Assembly: GCA_964448115.1 (NCBI GenBank)
Contig: CAYUVA010000030.1
Span: 1-56,048 of the forward strand
DNA: 56,048 nucleotides
Source of the DNA: an uncultured bacterium
GTDB lineage: Bacteria; CAYUVA01
Direction of reading: 5' to 3'
The notes under the pieces were generated by a model, which was given only the letters and a program-made list of their open reading frames with translations, had not been told where the DNA came from and did not search any database. The translations under genes and the position numbers were made by a program. Positions within the stretch are counted from its first letter, which is position 1; every line of letters starts with the position of its first letter. Positions 30,164 to 39,954 of this stretch are shown one piece after another.

Positions 30164-31030
30164 ATGGCTGAAAGTAAAAAAGGTCTGGGCAAGGGATTGG
30201 ATGCCTTATTGCCGGAGGATCTCGACCTTGAAGCGCTGGAGGCAAGAGGCGAGATCCATCTCATCGCAACCGATGCTCTCAAGCCAAATAAACAACAGCC
30301 TCGAAAATCGTTCGACCAACAGAAGCTCAAGGAGCTAAGCGACTCGATAAGGGAAAAAGGTGTCATTCAGCCGATCATCGTGCGCCAGCGTAGCGAGGGC
30401 GATTACGAGATCATAGTCGGTGAGCGCAGAGTCAAGGCTGCCCAGATGGCGGGGGTGCAAAAGATACCTGCAATCATCAAGGATATCGATAACCAGGAGG
30501 CGCTCCAACTGGCACTTATAGAGAATGTGCAGCGAGAAGACCTGAGTCCGCTGGAGGAAGCCGAGGCTTATAGGGTGCTGCATACCGAGTACAAGATGAC
30601 CCAGAATGATATCGCAACCAAGGTGGGTAAAAGCAGGGCGACCATCACCAACACCCTGCGGATGCTTAGACTGCCACCCATGATCCTCAAGTTCATCGCT
30701 GATGGCTCACTGAATGTAAGTCAGGCAAAAAAACTGCTTGAGGTCAAGGATGAGATACGGCAGATCGACCTGGCGAACAGGATCGTAAAGAAAAACATGT
30801 CCATAGCTGACCTGGACAAGCTGATTAAGCGCAAGCCGGTAAGGAAACAACCTTCACCGGAGCTAAGAAGCTATATCAAGACCATTGAGGATGAGCTTTC
30901 TGGATTGATGCGCACTAAGGTTCGCCTTAGAGAGCTTCCCAAGGGGGGGGAGATAAAGATCAGATTTCACTCCGTGGATGAGTTCGATCGATTGATGGAG
31001 GCATTCCGCAAGGGCTTTGGCAATACATGA
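30164..31030 (+). CDS. parB: Chromosome partitioning protein ParB/Spo0J
   Basis: GLGKGLDAL; QPRKSF; GERR CTPase motif; ENVQREDL; HTH GKSRATITNTLR. Confidence 0.97.
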   Translation: MAESKKGLGKGLDALLPEDLDLEALEARGEIHLIATDALKPNKQQPRKSFDQQKLKELSDSIREKGVIQPIIVRQRSEGDYEIIVGERRVKAAQMAGVQKIPAIIKDIDNQEALQLALIENVQREDLSPLEEAEAYRVLHTEYKMTQNDIATKVGKSRATITNTLRMLRLPPMILKFIADGSLNVSQAKKLLEVKDEIRQIDLANRIVKKNMSIADLDKLIKRKPVRKQPSPELRSYIKTIEDELSGLMRTKVRLRELPKGGEIKIRFHSVDEFDRLMEAFRKGFGNT

Positions 31031-31031
31031 A

Positions 31032-31910
31032 CTAGGCGAGTCCAGCCCTGGCTAGGATCCTAGGAATATGCTCCTCGGCAAGGAACGCCATCAGATGGAT
31101 GCCCTGGATATGGTTTTTCAGCTCGCAAATGACCCTTGCAGCTATATCGATCCCAGCCTCTAGGGGATCGCTGGCATTGGTTATCTGATCAGCAATCTGT
31201 TTGGGTATGGAGAATCCGGGCACCTTATGGTTGATGCGCTGGATCATCGAGCTGCTGCGAAGCAGAAAGACACCGGCGAGTATCTTGATCGGTAGCTTTC
31301 GATAAGGTTCGATGAACTCTAAAAAAGCATCGACATCGAAGATCGGCTGGGTCTGGAAGAACATGGCACCGGCTTGGATCTTTTTGCGTAGTTTGATGTG
31401 CTGTAGCTCTGAAGGGGTGCTATTGGGATTGAAGGTGCTTCCTGGATATAGCTCGAGTGCGCCTTTTAGTCGATTCCCCATCATGTCCTCGCCATTGTTC
31501 ATTCGGGATATGATCTGAAGAAGGTGCACGGAATCGATATCAAATACCGGCTTTCCCTGGGGGTGATCTCCTAAAGATATGTAATCCCCGGTTATGGCTA
31601 GAACATTTTTTATGCCCAGTGTATGGGCGCTTAGCAGGTCGGATTGCAAAGCTAGTCGATTGCGGTCGCGACAGCAGAGCTGAAAGACGGCATCCACGCC
31701 CTGATCCAGCACCACCTTGCAACCGCCTAGGGAGCCGAGGCGCATCACGGAAGCCTGGTTATCGGTAATGTTTATGGCGTTTACCAATGGGGCAAGGAGC
31801 CTTATCTTGTCTATCATCGCCGATACATCGGTTCCCTTTGGTGGAGCCACCTCGGCGGTTATGACAAACTCTCCTGCTTGCAGCGCTTGTCTCAGGGCAG
31901 GCTTACTCAT
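31032..31910 (-). CDS. metF: 5,10-methylenetetrahydrofolate reductase
   Basis: TAEVAPPKG, INITDN, CRDRNRLALQSDL, ITGD, KKIQAGA.FFQTQ, GIHLM. Confidence 0.92.
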   Translation of the reverse strand: MSKPALRQALQAGEFVITAEVAPPKGTDVSAMIDKIRLLAPLVNAINITDNQASVMRLGSLGGCKVVLDQGVDAVFQLCCRDRNRLALQSDLLSAHTLGIKNVLAITGDYISLGDHPQGKPVFDIDSVHLLQIISRMNNGEDMMGNRLKGALELYPGSTFNPNSTPSELQHIKLRKKIQAGAMFFQTQPIFDVDAFLEFIEPYRKLPIKILAGVFLLRSSSMIQRINHKVPGFSIPKQIADQITNASDPLEAGIDIAARVICELKNHIQGIHLMAFLAEEHIPRILARAGLA

Positions 31911-32605
31911 CGCTTCAATTTACCCTTTTGCCTGACTTTCCTTTTTTTATCGCGGTAGGCTTGGACATCTATCTTGTACTTGCTAGGGTGCAGCTTCTTT
32001 GAGTAGTCCATGGGCGGAATTATATGCTCTATTGGATTCTTATTGTATATCTCCTTGAGCCTTCTATTGATAACCGCCCAGGCGCATTCCATAGCCGGAT
32101 CTATCTCGCAGCGTCCATCCTCCATGCCCCCGCAGGGACCGTTGAGCAATCCCTTGGGGCAGTGAGTGCGCGGGCAGACGCCGGCAGTGATGCCCAGGAT
32201 GCAATTCCCGCAGGTGATGCAGTTCTGCTCGTACTCCACTGCCTTGACCGCGTTGGCTAGAAACAGGGAGTTGAGTCCAGGGTATATGGGAGTATTTATC
32301 ACTTGGCGCACCGCCTGCACCCCGGCCCCGCAAGCCATGATCAAGATCGCATCAGCATCATGGATCTTGGGGGATCGCTTGAAGGCTCGCTTGATATTGT
32401 TGACCCGGCAGGCAACCGAGATGACCTCTTTATAGATTACCTGCTTTGAGTTTTGGGTCAGAATCAAAGCCATCTCTTCGACCTCTTTTTGACCGCCGGA
32501 CAAGGCTACGGTAGCGCATTCGCCGCAGCCGATTATCGCAATCCGCTTGTAATCCTCGAGGTATCCAAGGATCTCCTCCAGAGGCTTTTGTTCGGTGATG
32601 ATCAT
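31907..32605 (-). CDS. metV: MTHFR Fe-S/Zn partner subunit (MetV-like)
   Basis: GCGECAT, ACGAGVQ, CITCGNC...CP.THCPKGLLNGPCGG...C...C.W; ATGA overlap with metF. Confidence 0.88.
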   Translation of the reverse strand: MIITEQKPLEEILGYLEDYKRIAIIGCGECATVALSGGQKEVEEMALILTQNSKQVIYKEVISVACRVNNIKRAFKRSPKIHDADAILIMACGAGVQAVRQVINTPIYPGLNSLFLANAVKAVEYEQNCITCGNCILGITAGVCPRTHCPKGLLNGPCGGMEDGRCEIDPAMECAWAVINRRLKEIYNKNPIEHIIPPMDYSKKLHPSKYKIDVQAYRDKKRKVRQKGKLKR

Positions 32606-32633
32606 GCTGTTTGCCCTAGAATTGTAGTATTAT

Positions 32634-32656
32634 GTTGACATTAGCCAGTTGTCAAC
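32634..32656. promoter_or_regulatory. Inverted repeat GTTGACA-N9-TGTCAAC upstream of metV
   Basis: 7-bp arms; the minus-strand arm also provides a TTGACA -35 element. Confidence 0.45.
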
Positions 32657-32680
32657 CACTGCTTTAAATCGGCACTATTA

Positions 32681-32714
32681 AGCCCGGGGATCCTGGTCAA
32701 GAACCTCCCGGGCT
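32681..32714 (-). terminator. GC-rich hairpin downstream of trxA
   Basis: Minus strand AGCCCGGG-A-GGTTCT-TGACC-AGGATC-CCCGGGCT, about 20 nt after the trxA stop; weak U tail. Confidence 0.55.
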
Positions 32715-32735
32715 CCATTATCTGTTGAGCAATGT

Positions 32736-33062
32736 TTACAGGTACTTATCTATGGCTTGCTCGAAGACCTGTTTTGGTTGCAAGCCGATAAGCCTTTCCT
32801 TTTCCGCTCCCTCGTGAAACAACATGACAGTGGGTATTGCCCTGATCATGAACTTAGTGGCAATGGAGTTATTATTATCGGTGTTTATCTTAACGAACTT
32901 CACCTTCCCAGCGTACTTCTGCTCCAGTTCCTCGAAGATAGGGGTTAGCATCACGCATGGACCGCACCAGGGTGCCCAAAAATCAACCACTACTGGCTTA
33001 TCAGACTGAAGAACCTCGTTCTCAAAGTTGTCATTGTTTACTTCCATAATGTTTCCAGCCAT
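32736..33062 (-). CDS. trxA: Thioredoxin
   Basis: VDFWAPWCGPC; AIPT cis-Pro; AAAGGAG RBS. Confidence 0.97.
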   Translation of the reverse strand: MAGNIMEVNNDNFENEVLQSDKPVVVDFWAPWCGPCVMLTPIFEELEQKYAGKVKFVKINTDNNNSIATKFMIRAIPTVMLFHEGAEKERLIGLQPKQVFEQAIDKYL

Positions 33063-33225
33063 ATCGTTTGAACTCCTTTCATAACTTTTTTTACTTCAGT
33101 TCGCTTTTTCTTTCAAGGTCTTTTATTCGACCCCAATCTACCTTATCCATTGGTGAAAGCGATCTTACGATTTCGTCTATCTTTAACCAAAGTCGGTAAA
33201 AGAATATTCCCTAGCCTATTGGTAA

Positions 33226-35922
33226 CTATGGAGCAAGCTCTTGTTGGGCAATTTGGATGTATTCGAGGATCTTTTTTTGTGCCGGCTCTATCTTGAGGGA
33301 CTCTTGCCAGGCTTTGATAGCTTGTTGTGATTTACCCATCTGAAGGTATGCAATGCCGAGGTTATTCAGCGCGATGTAATAATCCGGCTTGATCTTCAAT
33401 GCCTGCTTGAGGATCTTGACCGATCGTTCCAGGTTCCCCTGTTTGCCATACAGGATCCCGAGATTATTGTATGCATCAGCCAGGTCGGGCTTTAGTTCGA
33501 TCGCTCTTTCATAGTATTTCTGAGCATTCTGGAAGTCGCCGAGGCTCTCATAGACATTGCCCATGTTATTATATGTCTGCGCATAGTTGGGATTAAGCTG
33601 TAGCGCGGTTTGAAACGCCTTGAGCGCCTCCTCGAACTGCTGATCTTTCTGGTAGGCGATACCGAGGTTATTGTGCAGTTCCACCGACTTTGGCTCCAAC
33701 TTGAGCGCATTCCTGTACTCGATGATCGCCTTTTTGTATTCTCCCTGTTTCAGGTATATCTGGGCAACTACCGGCCGGTAAAAATCAAGGGCGAATCCGC
33801 GCCTGGTGTTGACCTCGAACTGAGCCAGTGCCTCGTTGAAGTTACCCATCTTGTATAGAATATTGCCCAGGTTATGCCGCGCCTGCTGGAAGTTGGGATC
33901 GATGGAAAGAGCTGTTAAGCACTCCCTTTTGGCTTCATCGAACAATCCTCGCTTAAAGAATATGCAGGCAAGGTTATTGTGCACCTGTTTGTTGCCCGGG
34001 GCGATCTGGGCTGCCTTGTTGTACATCTGCATCGCTTCCTTGTGTTTCCCATGTTCCCAAAGGAATTCTCCCTTCAGGTAGTGGAACTTGGCGAGCAGCG
34101 AGCGAGACTGATAATCCTTATAAACCCTGATGTCATCGAGTTCAATGTCTCTCTCGCGGAATGTATCCCAGAATCCCTTGTAGGGCACCACTTGTTCATC
34201 GATCCTGCCCAGCTCGTAAACCAAGCCCCTTATCTGCGAGGTGAACTTGTCAAGTCCGATTATTTCTAGTGGTACCGTCGTATATACCTTGAAGCCCTCG
34301 GGGAGCTGGAAGCTGCCATCGGTCAGCTTCTTTAAGACCTTGCCCCTCCCCTCGATGATAACGGTTACATCCGGCCTCGCTTGATTGGCTACCTGCAGAT
34401 AGCCTAGTATATACGGCGAGATCCACCCCTGAGTCAGCAGGGTTGCCTTTCCTTTTATGGAGTGGAACACATTCATGCCATAATCATGGGCGAGATAATA
34501 GTTGCTGCGATCGCAATAATAGAAGTTGGCAATAAAGATTAGCACTAGCAAAATAACGAAAATAAGGGCGCCCCGATGCTGTGTAACTTTTTCAGATGCT
34601 CCTTTTTCAAATATGGAGCCGACAGCGTATAGCGCCTTGCTCCAAAAACCGATCAAGAACACAAAGCCATAGCCCAGCCACACGCTGCAAATAAACCAGG
34701 TGGGGATGTAAAACACCTCGATATCGATGATCTCGTAGTTCACGCAGAACCAGAAATTGAAGAAATACAGCAAAAATGTGTACCAGAAGACCTTGCGATT
34801 CTTTTGGTAAAGATAGAAAAATCCGATCAACAGGATGACGAACCCTATGGGAGTATATTGGACATTCACAAAATACAAGAACTTGCAGAGGTTCTGCATG
34901 AGGATCTTTATGGGATGGGTGAACATGAGGGTCTGAAACTTGGCGCCGGTAATATGACCGAACCACTCTCGAAATTGGGTTAGATCCCCCCAATACAATG
35001 AGCAGATCGCATTTCGTGAATTGAGATCCAGCGCCCTGATGGCAAGGAAAATGTAGGTGGAGAAAGCCAATATAAAAGCGGTGGAGGCTCCGACCAGGGA
35101 TCTCCCATTGCCCCGTAAATGCTTAAAGATCTCACCAGACAAGCTGTGCAGGTAGCGGAAGTTACCAAGAAATAATATGGGTAATAGTATCATCAGATGT
35201 CCAAATGAAAAGGGGAGCCTGGAGTTTACATTGAGCAAAAAGCCAGCAAAATAGATAAGCAGGATTAACCCCAGGATAACCAGCCTAAGCTCCCACAAGA
35301 GAAGCGATCTGATGTACTCCCTAAGGCGCTGCCAGCCGGGCAGGACATCATAACAAATAAAGACAAGATACCCGGGTAAGGCGAGGATCATGGTCATGTG
35401 GTTGGTCAGGCTCATACCGTATATGAAACTTAGAAGCACGAGCATTCTCAAGGTACGGCGCTTTACCCATACCGTTGATAGCCAGAACATAAGGGAGAAG
35501 AAAAAGGCGTTCAGAGGATAGACCTCGACGATCACCGCCTGGCTCCACATCACCTGCGAGAAACCGAATGCAATCGCAGCGAGGGCGCTTATTAGTCGAT
35601 ACGGAATGAGATTATCCAGTGCAAAAAACAGGAACATAACAGCATACGCGGTAGCCAGTGCGCAAAAGATGGATACCTTGTATGCCATATTGCCACTGAA
35701 GAGAAACAGAATGAAGATCTTGCCAAGCATGGAAAATGTCGGGTAACCAGTAGGATGCGCCACGGTAAGAACCTCCGGCACTACCGCTAGCTCACCGCTA
35801 TCGCCGACATAACAGCTCGGAATGATCGTCTTCAGGTAGCCAGCAAAGATGATTACGAAGATTAACAGGGCAATTGCCAATCTATAGCTATAGGCTTTAT
35901 TTGAATCTGCTTTGCGGTGCAA
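33226..35922 (-). CDS. DUF2723 (TMEM260-like) GT-C glycosyltransferase with C-terminal TPR array
   Basis: GDSGEL...AHPTGYP; WSQAVIVEVYPLN; SLTNH; many TM segments; about 8 TPRs (A...HNNLG). Confidence 0.88.
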   Translation of the reverse strand: MHRKADSNKAYSYRLAIALLIFVIIFAGYLKTIIPSCYVGDSGELAVVPEVLTVAHPTGYPTFSMLGKIFILFLFSGNMAYKVSIFCALATAYAVMFLFFALDNLIPYRLISALAAIAFGFSQVMWSQAVIVEVYPLNAFFFSLMFWLSTVWVKRRTLRMLVLLSFIYGMSLTNHMTMILALPGYLVFICYDVLPGWQRLREYIRSLLLWELRLVILGLILLIYFAGFLLNVNSRLPFSFGHLMILLPILFLGNFRYLHSLSGEIFKHLRGNGRSLVGASTAFILAFSTYIFLAIRALDLNSRNAICSLYWGDLTQFREWFGHITGAKFQTLMFTHPIKILMQNLCKFLYFVNVQYTPIGFVILLIGFFYLYQKNRKVFWYTFLLYFFNFWFCVNYEIIDIEVFYIPTWFICSVWLGYGFVFLIGFWSKALYAVGSIFEKGASEKVTQHRGALIFVILLVLIFIANFYYCDRSNYYLAHDYGMNVFHSIKGKATLLTQGWISPYILGYLQVANQARPDVTVIIEGRGKVLKKLTDGSFQLPEGFKVYTTVPLEIIGLDKFTSQIRGLVYELGRIDEQVVPYKGFWDTFRERDIELDDIRVYKDYQSRSLLAKFHYLKGEFLWEHGKHKEAMQMYNKAAQIAPGNKQVHNNLACIFFKRGLFDEAKRECLTALSIDPNFQQARHNLGNILYKMGNFNEALAQFEVNTRRGFALDFYRPVVAQIYLKQGEYKKAIIEYRNALKLEPKSVELHNNLGIAYQKDQQFEEALKAFQTALQLNPNYAQTYNNMGNVYESLGDFQNAQKYYERAIELKPDLADAYNNLGILYGKQGNLERSVKILKQALKIKPDYYIALNNLGIAYLQMGKSQQAIKAWQESLKIEPAQKKILEYIQIAQQELAP

Positions 35923-38900
35923 CCTCGGCTCCCTTTTCCTTCAGTGCTTTAACATGCTGCAAGGCGATCCTGCGATAGTTATCCATGCCAACAACATCCT
36001 TAGTTAGATATAAGAATTTTCCCCAGACGGCAAGCGCCTCGTTATACCAAAGCTCGTTACGCTCCAGAATGAGACCGATCTGGAAGTAAGCGAAATAGTA
36101 ATTAGTATCGACATTTATGCAGTTGTTGTAGTACTCGAAGGCTCGCTCAAGGTTGCCCTGTTCATAATACAGGTTACCCAGGTTGTAGTATGCCTGGGCA
36201 TTGAATTTGTTAAGCTCTATAGCCTTCATATAAGCCTCCCTTGCCTTGTCATACTCGCCGAGCTGCACGAAACAGTTGCCCAGGTTATTATGCACGGCAG
36301 GGATCTTTGAATTAAGCTGATTAGCCTTTTGCAGATAGTCGATCGCCTTTTGATATTGTTGCTTGCCGAGCATGATGTTGGCTGCAAGGTAGTAATCATC
36401 GACCTTGACATGCTCGGTATCAAATAACCTGTGCAGCATTTCAAGCGCGCTATCCTTGTCCTGGACCTGGAGGTACAGTTCCACTAGTTGGCGCAGCTTA
36501 CCTGGATTTTGTCTCCAATCCGGGGTTGTGCTCAATATATCATCTATCTGTTGCCTGATAGCTTCCCTGTCCTTTTCAATCTCCTTCTTTTCCCTTATCG
36601 TTTGGTTGAAGGCTTCCTCGATGCGCACCCTATGTCGGATATCAAGCATCTGGTAGGTATCGCCGGGCAAGCGTGGCTTGTAGTACTCAACGCTGAGCTG
36701 ATCCACATCCAATAGCGCGGAAAATGGCAGGTTTGCTTGCGACATCACGCTCAGCGCCTTTGAGTACATGTTAAGGTTCTTGTATGCCTTGACCAGGTTG
36801 ATCAGAATCGCACGAGCAGACAACTGGTCTTTTGTTTTTACTTGTTCATATAAATTGTATACCCCCTCAAGCACCTGGTCTATTTTCAGGCTCCGCTTAT
36901 AATCCTTCTTGGATATATGCAGGGTGTAGAACTTCTGCTTGCTGAATGGTTCTTGTTTGCGGGGATGGCTCTGTTGATGTAACTTGTATCGTATCTCCTT
37001 CTGCAAGCTGGGGGTAACCGTCTTGTTGTCGCGATAGCGTAAAAAAGCGGGATCTATGATTATATCTTCCAAGCCGCTGCCAGTTTTAATCACCTTCCAG
37101 AAGCTGGTGTTAACCGCCGCGTGATCCAGCGCGATCCCCTGGATGAATAGCTCTCTAGCTTGCTCATCTTTTCCTTGCGCATAGTAAGCCAAAGCCAGGT
37201 CAGAGTAGTGCTCCTCGTAAAAGATGCCGTAAGGATCGTACTTGATCGCATCGGTGAACATCTCGATAGCCTCCGGCAACCTATTGAACCACCAGTAAAG
37301 GTATCCCAGGTCGCTCACATAAGCCGGGAAGGTCGGCTTCAGGGCGACCGCCTTCTGGTAAGCTGCAAGCGCATCCGGGAAGCGATTCTGATAAATGTAG
37401 ATATCACCCAACATCTGGTAAAGCTCGGCATCGATAGGATTTACTGCAATGGCTCTTTCCAGGCTTTGGCTCACCTCGATCCCCTTGCCTTTCTTGCGCA
37501 GCTCCTCGCCGGTAAAACGATAGCGAGCAGAGATGCAAAAGGCGCCTATGATAAAGATACTGAAAATAGCAATAAAGATGGCTGCAACAGGGATGATCCT
37601 TTGATAGTTTCCTTCCCGGGGGGCAGCCTCGCCGTGGAGAGCCTCCTTGCGCTTCATGCCAGCTTCATGCCCATAATAAGCTTCAGCCCTGCAAAGAACG
37701 ACCATAAGCGCTGCGAATAGAAGCGCCATGCCTGAAAAACCGAACGGGTAGTCGAGCAGATTGTTAAACATCAGCGCGGCAAGTCCGGCGAAGCTCCCCG
37801 CCGCCAGCCATGATGCAGAGCCGGATTTCGAGTAGTATGAGCGCTTCAAGCCGTATTTCATAATGACCAGGTATATCCATAGGGTTATGAAAAGTCCTGG
37901 TATTCCATTGGCTTGCGCCATTTGCAAAAAGATGTTATGCGAGTGCGCTCCCAGCTCCCCGCCACCGCCTCTAAGCCAGGCACGCAACCACTCGTACTCG
38001 CTGTGTTGCGGACCCCTTGTATGATTGACCATAAGGTAGTGGTTGCGCAGCCCTAGCCCGGTCAATGGGTTGTCCAATACCGTGTAAATGGAGGTTCTCC
38101 AGAAGATGAAACGATTCCATACCCCCCCAGGGTTCTTCAGCCTCTCCTTGGCTTTATAGACAACCGGGTTGGGTATGAAGATGAACAGGCACAGGGTAAT
38201 GAGCATCGCCGCCATGCCTGCGATAAAGATGTATTTGTAATATCGAGGCAGCCGCTTGCCAGTGGAGAAAAAATGGATCAAACGAGCGACCAACATCACT
38301 CCCAGACCAACAAGGGCTGATAACCAGCCGTTTCGGCTATAAGTCAATAACAGGAAGAAACCCTCTGCAAGAAGCAAAACGCCAATCAACATTCGGTGCC
38401 TGCGACTTTGGCTGATCATAAGTACTGCTATGGTGAGTGGCATGAATGCAGCGAAAAAGGCAGCTATCGGATTGGGATGAATATTAGCCACCCATAGCCT
38501 TATCATAAGCGCCAGACGCCAGCCACCCTTGAATACGCACTCGGACATCTTGGCAAAACAGTAAAAGGAAAAAACCATTGCAATGCTAATCATCAACATC
38601 AATAAAAAACGAAGACCGCCTTGTTGCTGGGCTACATGCAGCATTAGTAAGAAGGTAATGCCGTAATTGATGAACTTGAGATACTCCATCAAGCTATTGA
38701 AGTGATACGCAGAAAAGATGGTGGAGATGGTGATAACTGCCAGACCTGCCAGCAACGGAATGGTAAACGGGTTGCGCAATAGCTTGGCGATGCTCTTTTG
38801 GGATCGGATATCATTGAAAAACAGGAGCAAAAGAACCAGCGTCAATCCATGACTGAGGCTGTAACGCAGGTAATGCATCTCGTTGCCAATGCAATAAGCC

Positions 38901-39331
38901 AGCGAGGTATATGTAAGATGCACGGCCAGCCCCATCCAAAGGTCGGGAATGCACTTGTGCCTCGCCTTCAAGATGAGAACCACCAGCACCGTGTTGATTA
39001 CAAGGAAAGGGAATGCAAGGTTAGGCATCGACTCCACAGAGCTTTGGGGAGGGATCGACTCGAAGGCTTGCATGAGCAAGCAACAACTGACCGCAACAAA
39101 AAACAAGGTATTGAGATTATACGGAAAGACAGCAAGTGGGCTAGGAGTGCTCCTCGACTTGCGGTAAGCTCCCAATAAGTAAACCAGGTAAGTAACAACA
39201 CAAGCAAAAAGCGCAATCACGAATGAGCCAAAGTAGATATCCCAGTTTTTCAGGGGAATGACTAGCGAGTATCCGAAGATAGCCAGCAGCAGTATCTCGG
39301 TTACGGGGATGATAACCCTGATCAGCTTCAT
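35897..39331 (-). CDS. O-antigen ligase-family (Wzy_C) membrane protein with TPR arrays
   Basis: HPNPIAAF; LTYSRNGW; R.IFW....TVLDNPLTGLG; HSHNIFLQ; two TPR clusters in the C-terminal half. Confidence 0.88.
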   Translation of the reverse strand: MKLIRVIIPVTEILLLAIFGYSLVIPLKNWDIYFGSFVIALFACVVTYLVYLLGAYRKSRSTPSPLAVFPYNLNTLFFVAVSCCLLMQAFESIPPQSSVESMPNLAFPFLVINTVLVVLILKARHKCIPDLWMGLAVHLTYTSLAYCIGNEMHYLRYSLSHGLTLVLLLLFFNDIRSQKSIAKLLRNPFTIPLLAGLAVITISTIFSAYHFNSLMEYLKFINYGITFLLMLHVAQQQGGLRFLLMLMISIAMVFSFYCFAKMSECVFKGGWRLALMIRLWVANIHPNPIAAFFAAFMPLTIAVLMISQSRRHRMLIGVLLLAEGFFLLLTYSRNGWLSALVGLGVMLVARLIHFFSTGKRLPRYYKYIFIAGMAAMLITLCLFIFIPNPVVYKAKERLKNPGGVWNRFIFWRTSIYTVLDNPLTGLGLRNHYLMVNHTRGPQHSEYEWLRAWLRGGGGELGAHSHNIFLQMAQANGIPGLFITLWIYLVIMKYGLKRSYYSKSGSASWLAAGSFAGLAALMFNNLLDYPFGFSGMALLFAALMVVLCRAEAYYGHEAGMKRKEALHGEAAPREGNYQRIIPVAAIFIAIFSIFIIGAFCISARYRFTGEELRKKGKGIEVSQSLERAIAVNPIDAELYQMLGDIYIYQNRFPDALAAYQKAVALKPTFPAYVSDLGYLYWWFNRLPEAIEMFTDAIKYDPYGIFYEEHYSDLALAYYAQGKDEQARELFIQGIALDHAAVNTSFWKVIKTGSGLEDIIIDPAFLRYRDNKTVTPSLQKEIRYKLHQQSHPRKQEPFSKQKFYTLHISKKDYKRSLKIDQVLEGVYNLYEQVKTKDQLSARAILINLVKAYKNLNMYSKALSVMSQANLPFSALLDVDQLSVEYYKPRLPGDTYQMLDIRHRVRIEEAFNQTIREKKEIEKDREAIRQQIDDILSTTPDWRQNPGKLRQLVELYLQVQDKDSALEMLHRLFDTEHVKVDDYYLAANIMLGKQQYQKAIDYLQKANQLNSKIPAVHNNLGNCFVQLGEYDKAREAYMKAIELNKFNAQAYYNLGNLYYEQGNLERAFEYYNNCINVDTNYYFAYFQIGLILERNELWYNEALAVWGKFLYLTKDVVGMDNYRRIALQHVKALKEKGAEVAPQSRFK

Positions 39332-39577
39332 CGATAACCAGTTTTCATATTAAGCATTAGGTTGCAGCAATAAAAGCAGCTTGTTTATACATCAAAATCG
39401 CGATCAGTTCAAAGCAGGAGAATAAAATGTATAATGCTGGTGGATAAGGCGATCACCTCTGAAGAGTTCTCAATTGGATCCTGTTACCTTGACAATAATT
39501 GAATCAAATTATCTTAGTAAATTGGCTTAGCGGATCGCGGGATCCTTAAAATATTTTCCAAATATTTTCTTCTTTAA

Positions 39578-39590
39578 TATCAATAAGTTA
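39578..39590 (+). promoter_or_regulatory. IHF-consensus site 1
   Basis: TATCAATAAGTTA matches WATCAANNNNTTR, with an AT tract upstream. Confidence 0.45.
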
Positions 39591-39674
39591 AAGTAATAGG
39601 GCAATTAGCACCCCTTAAAATCGGCTCTGAAACTTGAGTCAGTTAATGTAGATTTGGAGAAAAACCACCTAAAA

Positions 39675-39687
39675 TATCAAGTAGTTA
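39675..39687 (+). promoter_or_regulatory. IHF-consensus site 2
   Basis: TATCAAGTAGTTA matches WATCAANNNNTTR, 7 nt before parS. Confidence 0.45.
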
Positions 39688-39694
39688 AGTCATA

Positions 39695-39710
39695 TGTTCC
39701 ACATGGAACA
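39695..39710. promoter_or_regulatory. parS: parS centromere-like site
   Basis: TGTTCCACATGGAACA, one mismatch from the palindrome TGTTCCACGTGGAACA; intergenic, about 9 kb from parAB. Confidence 0.85.
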
Positions 39711-39954
39711 TTAATTCTTTTTTTGACAAAGCTCCTATTTGCAAGATCGAGTTTTTAAAAATGGCAGTGGCACTTGGATCCTCAAATTTTACCCCTATGA
39801 ATATTGGCTTGAAGGGGTGGTTTATATGCCCTATTCATCTAATTATTTCCCAATAATGGCTCGAAAATGCAAACTGGGATGATAATTCGATTATTTGAGA
39901 CAATCCAGGTGGAACTCTCAGGTTACCTCAGCCTTTTGATTATTGGCCGCTAAC

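Noticed and set aside
1838-33211. Identical 11-mer AGAATATTCCC upstream of the nfuA-like gene (1838) and trxA (33201)
   Set aside because: Tempting as a redox regulon motif, but the distances to the starts differ and one shared AT-rich 11-mer among several kb of spacers is expected by chance.
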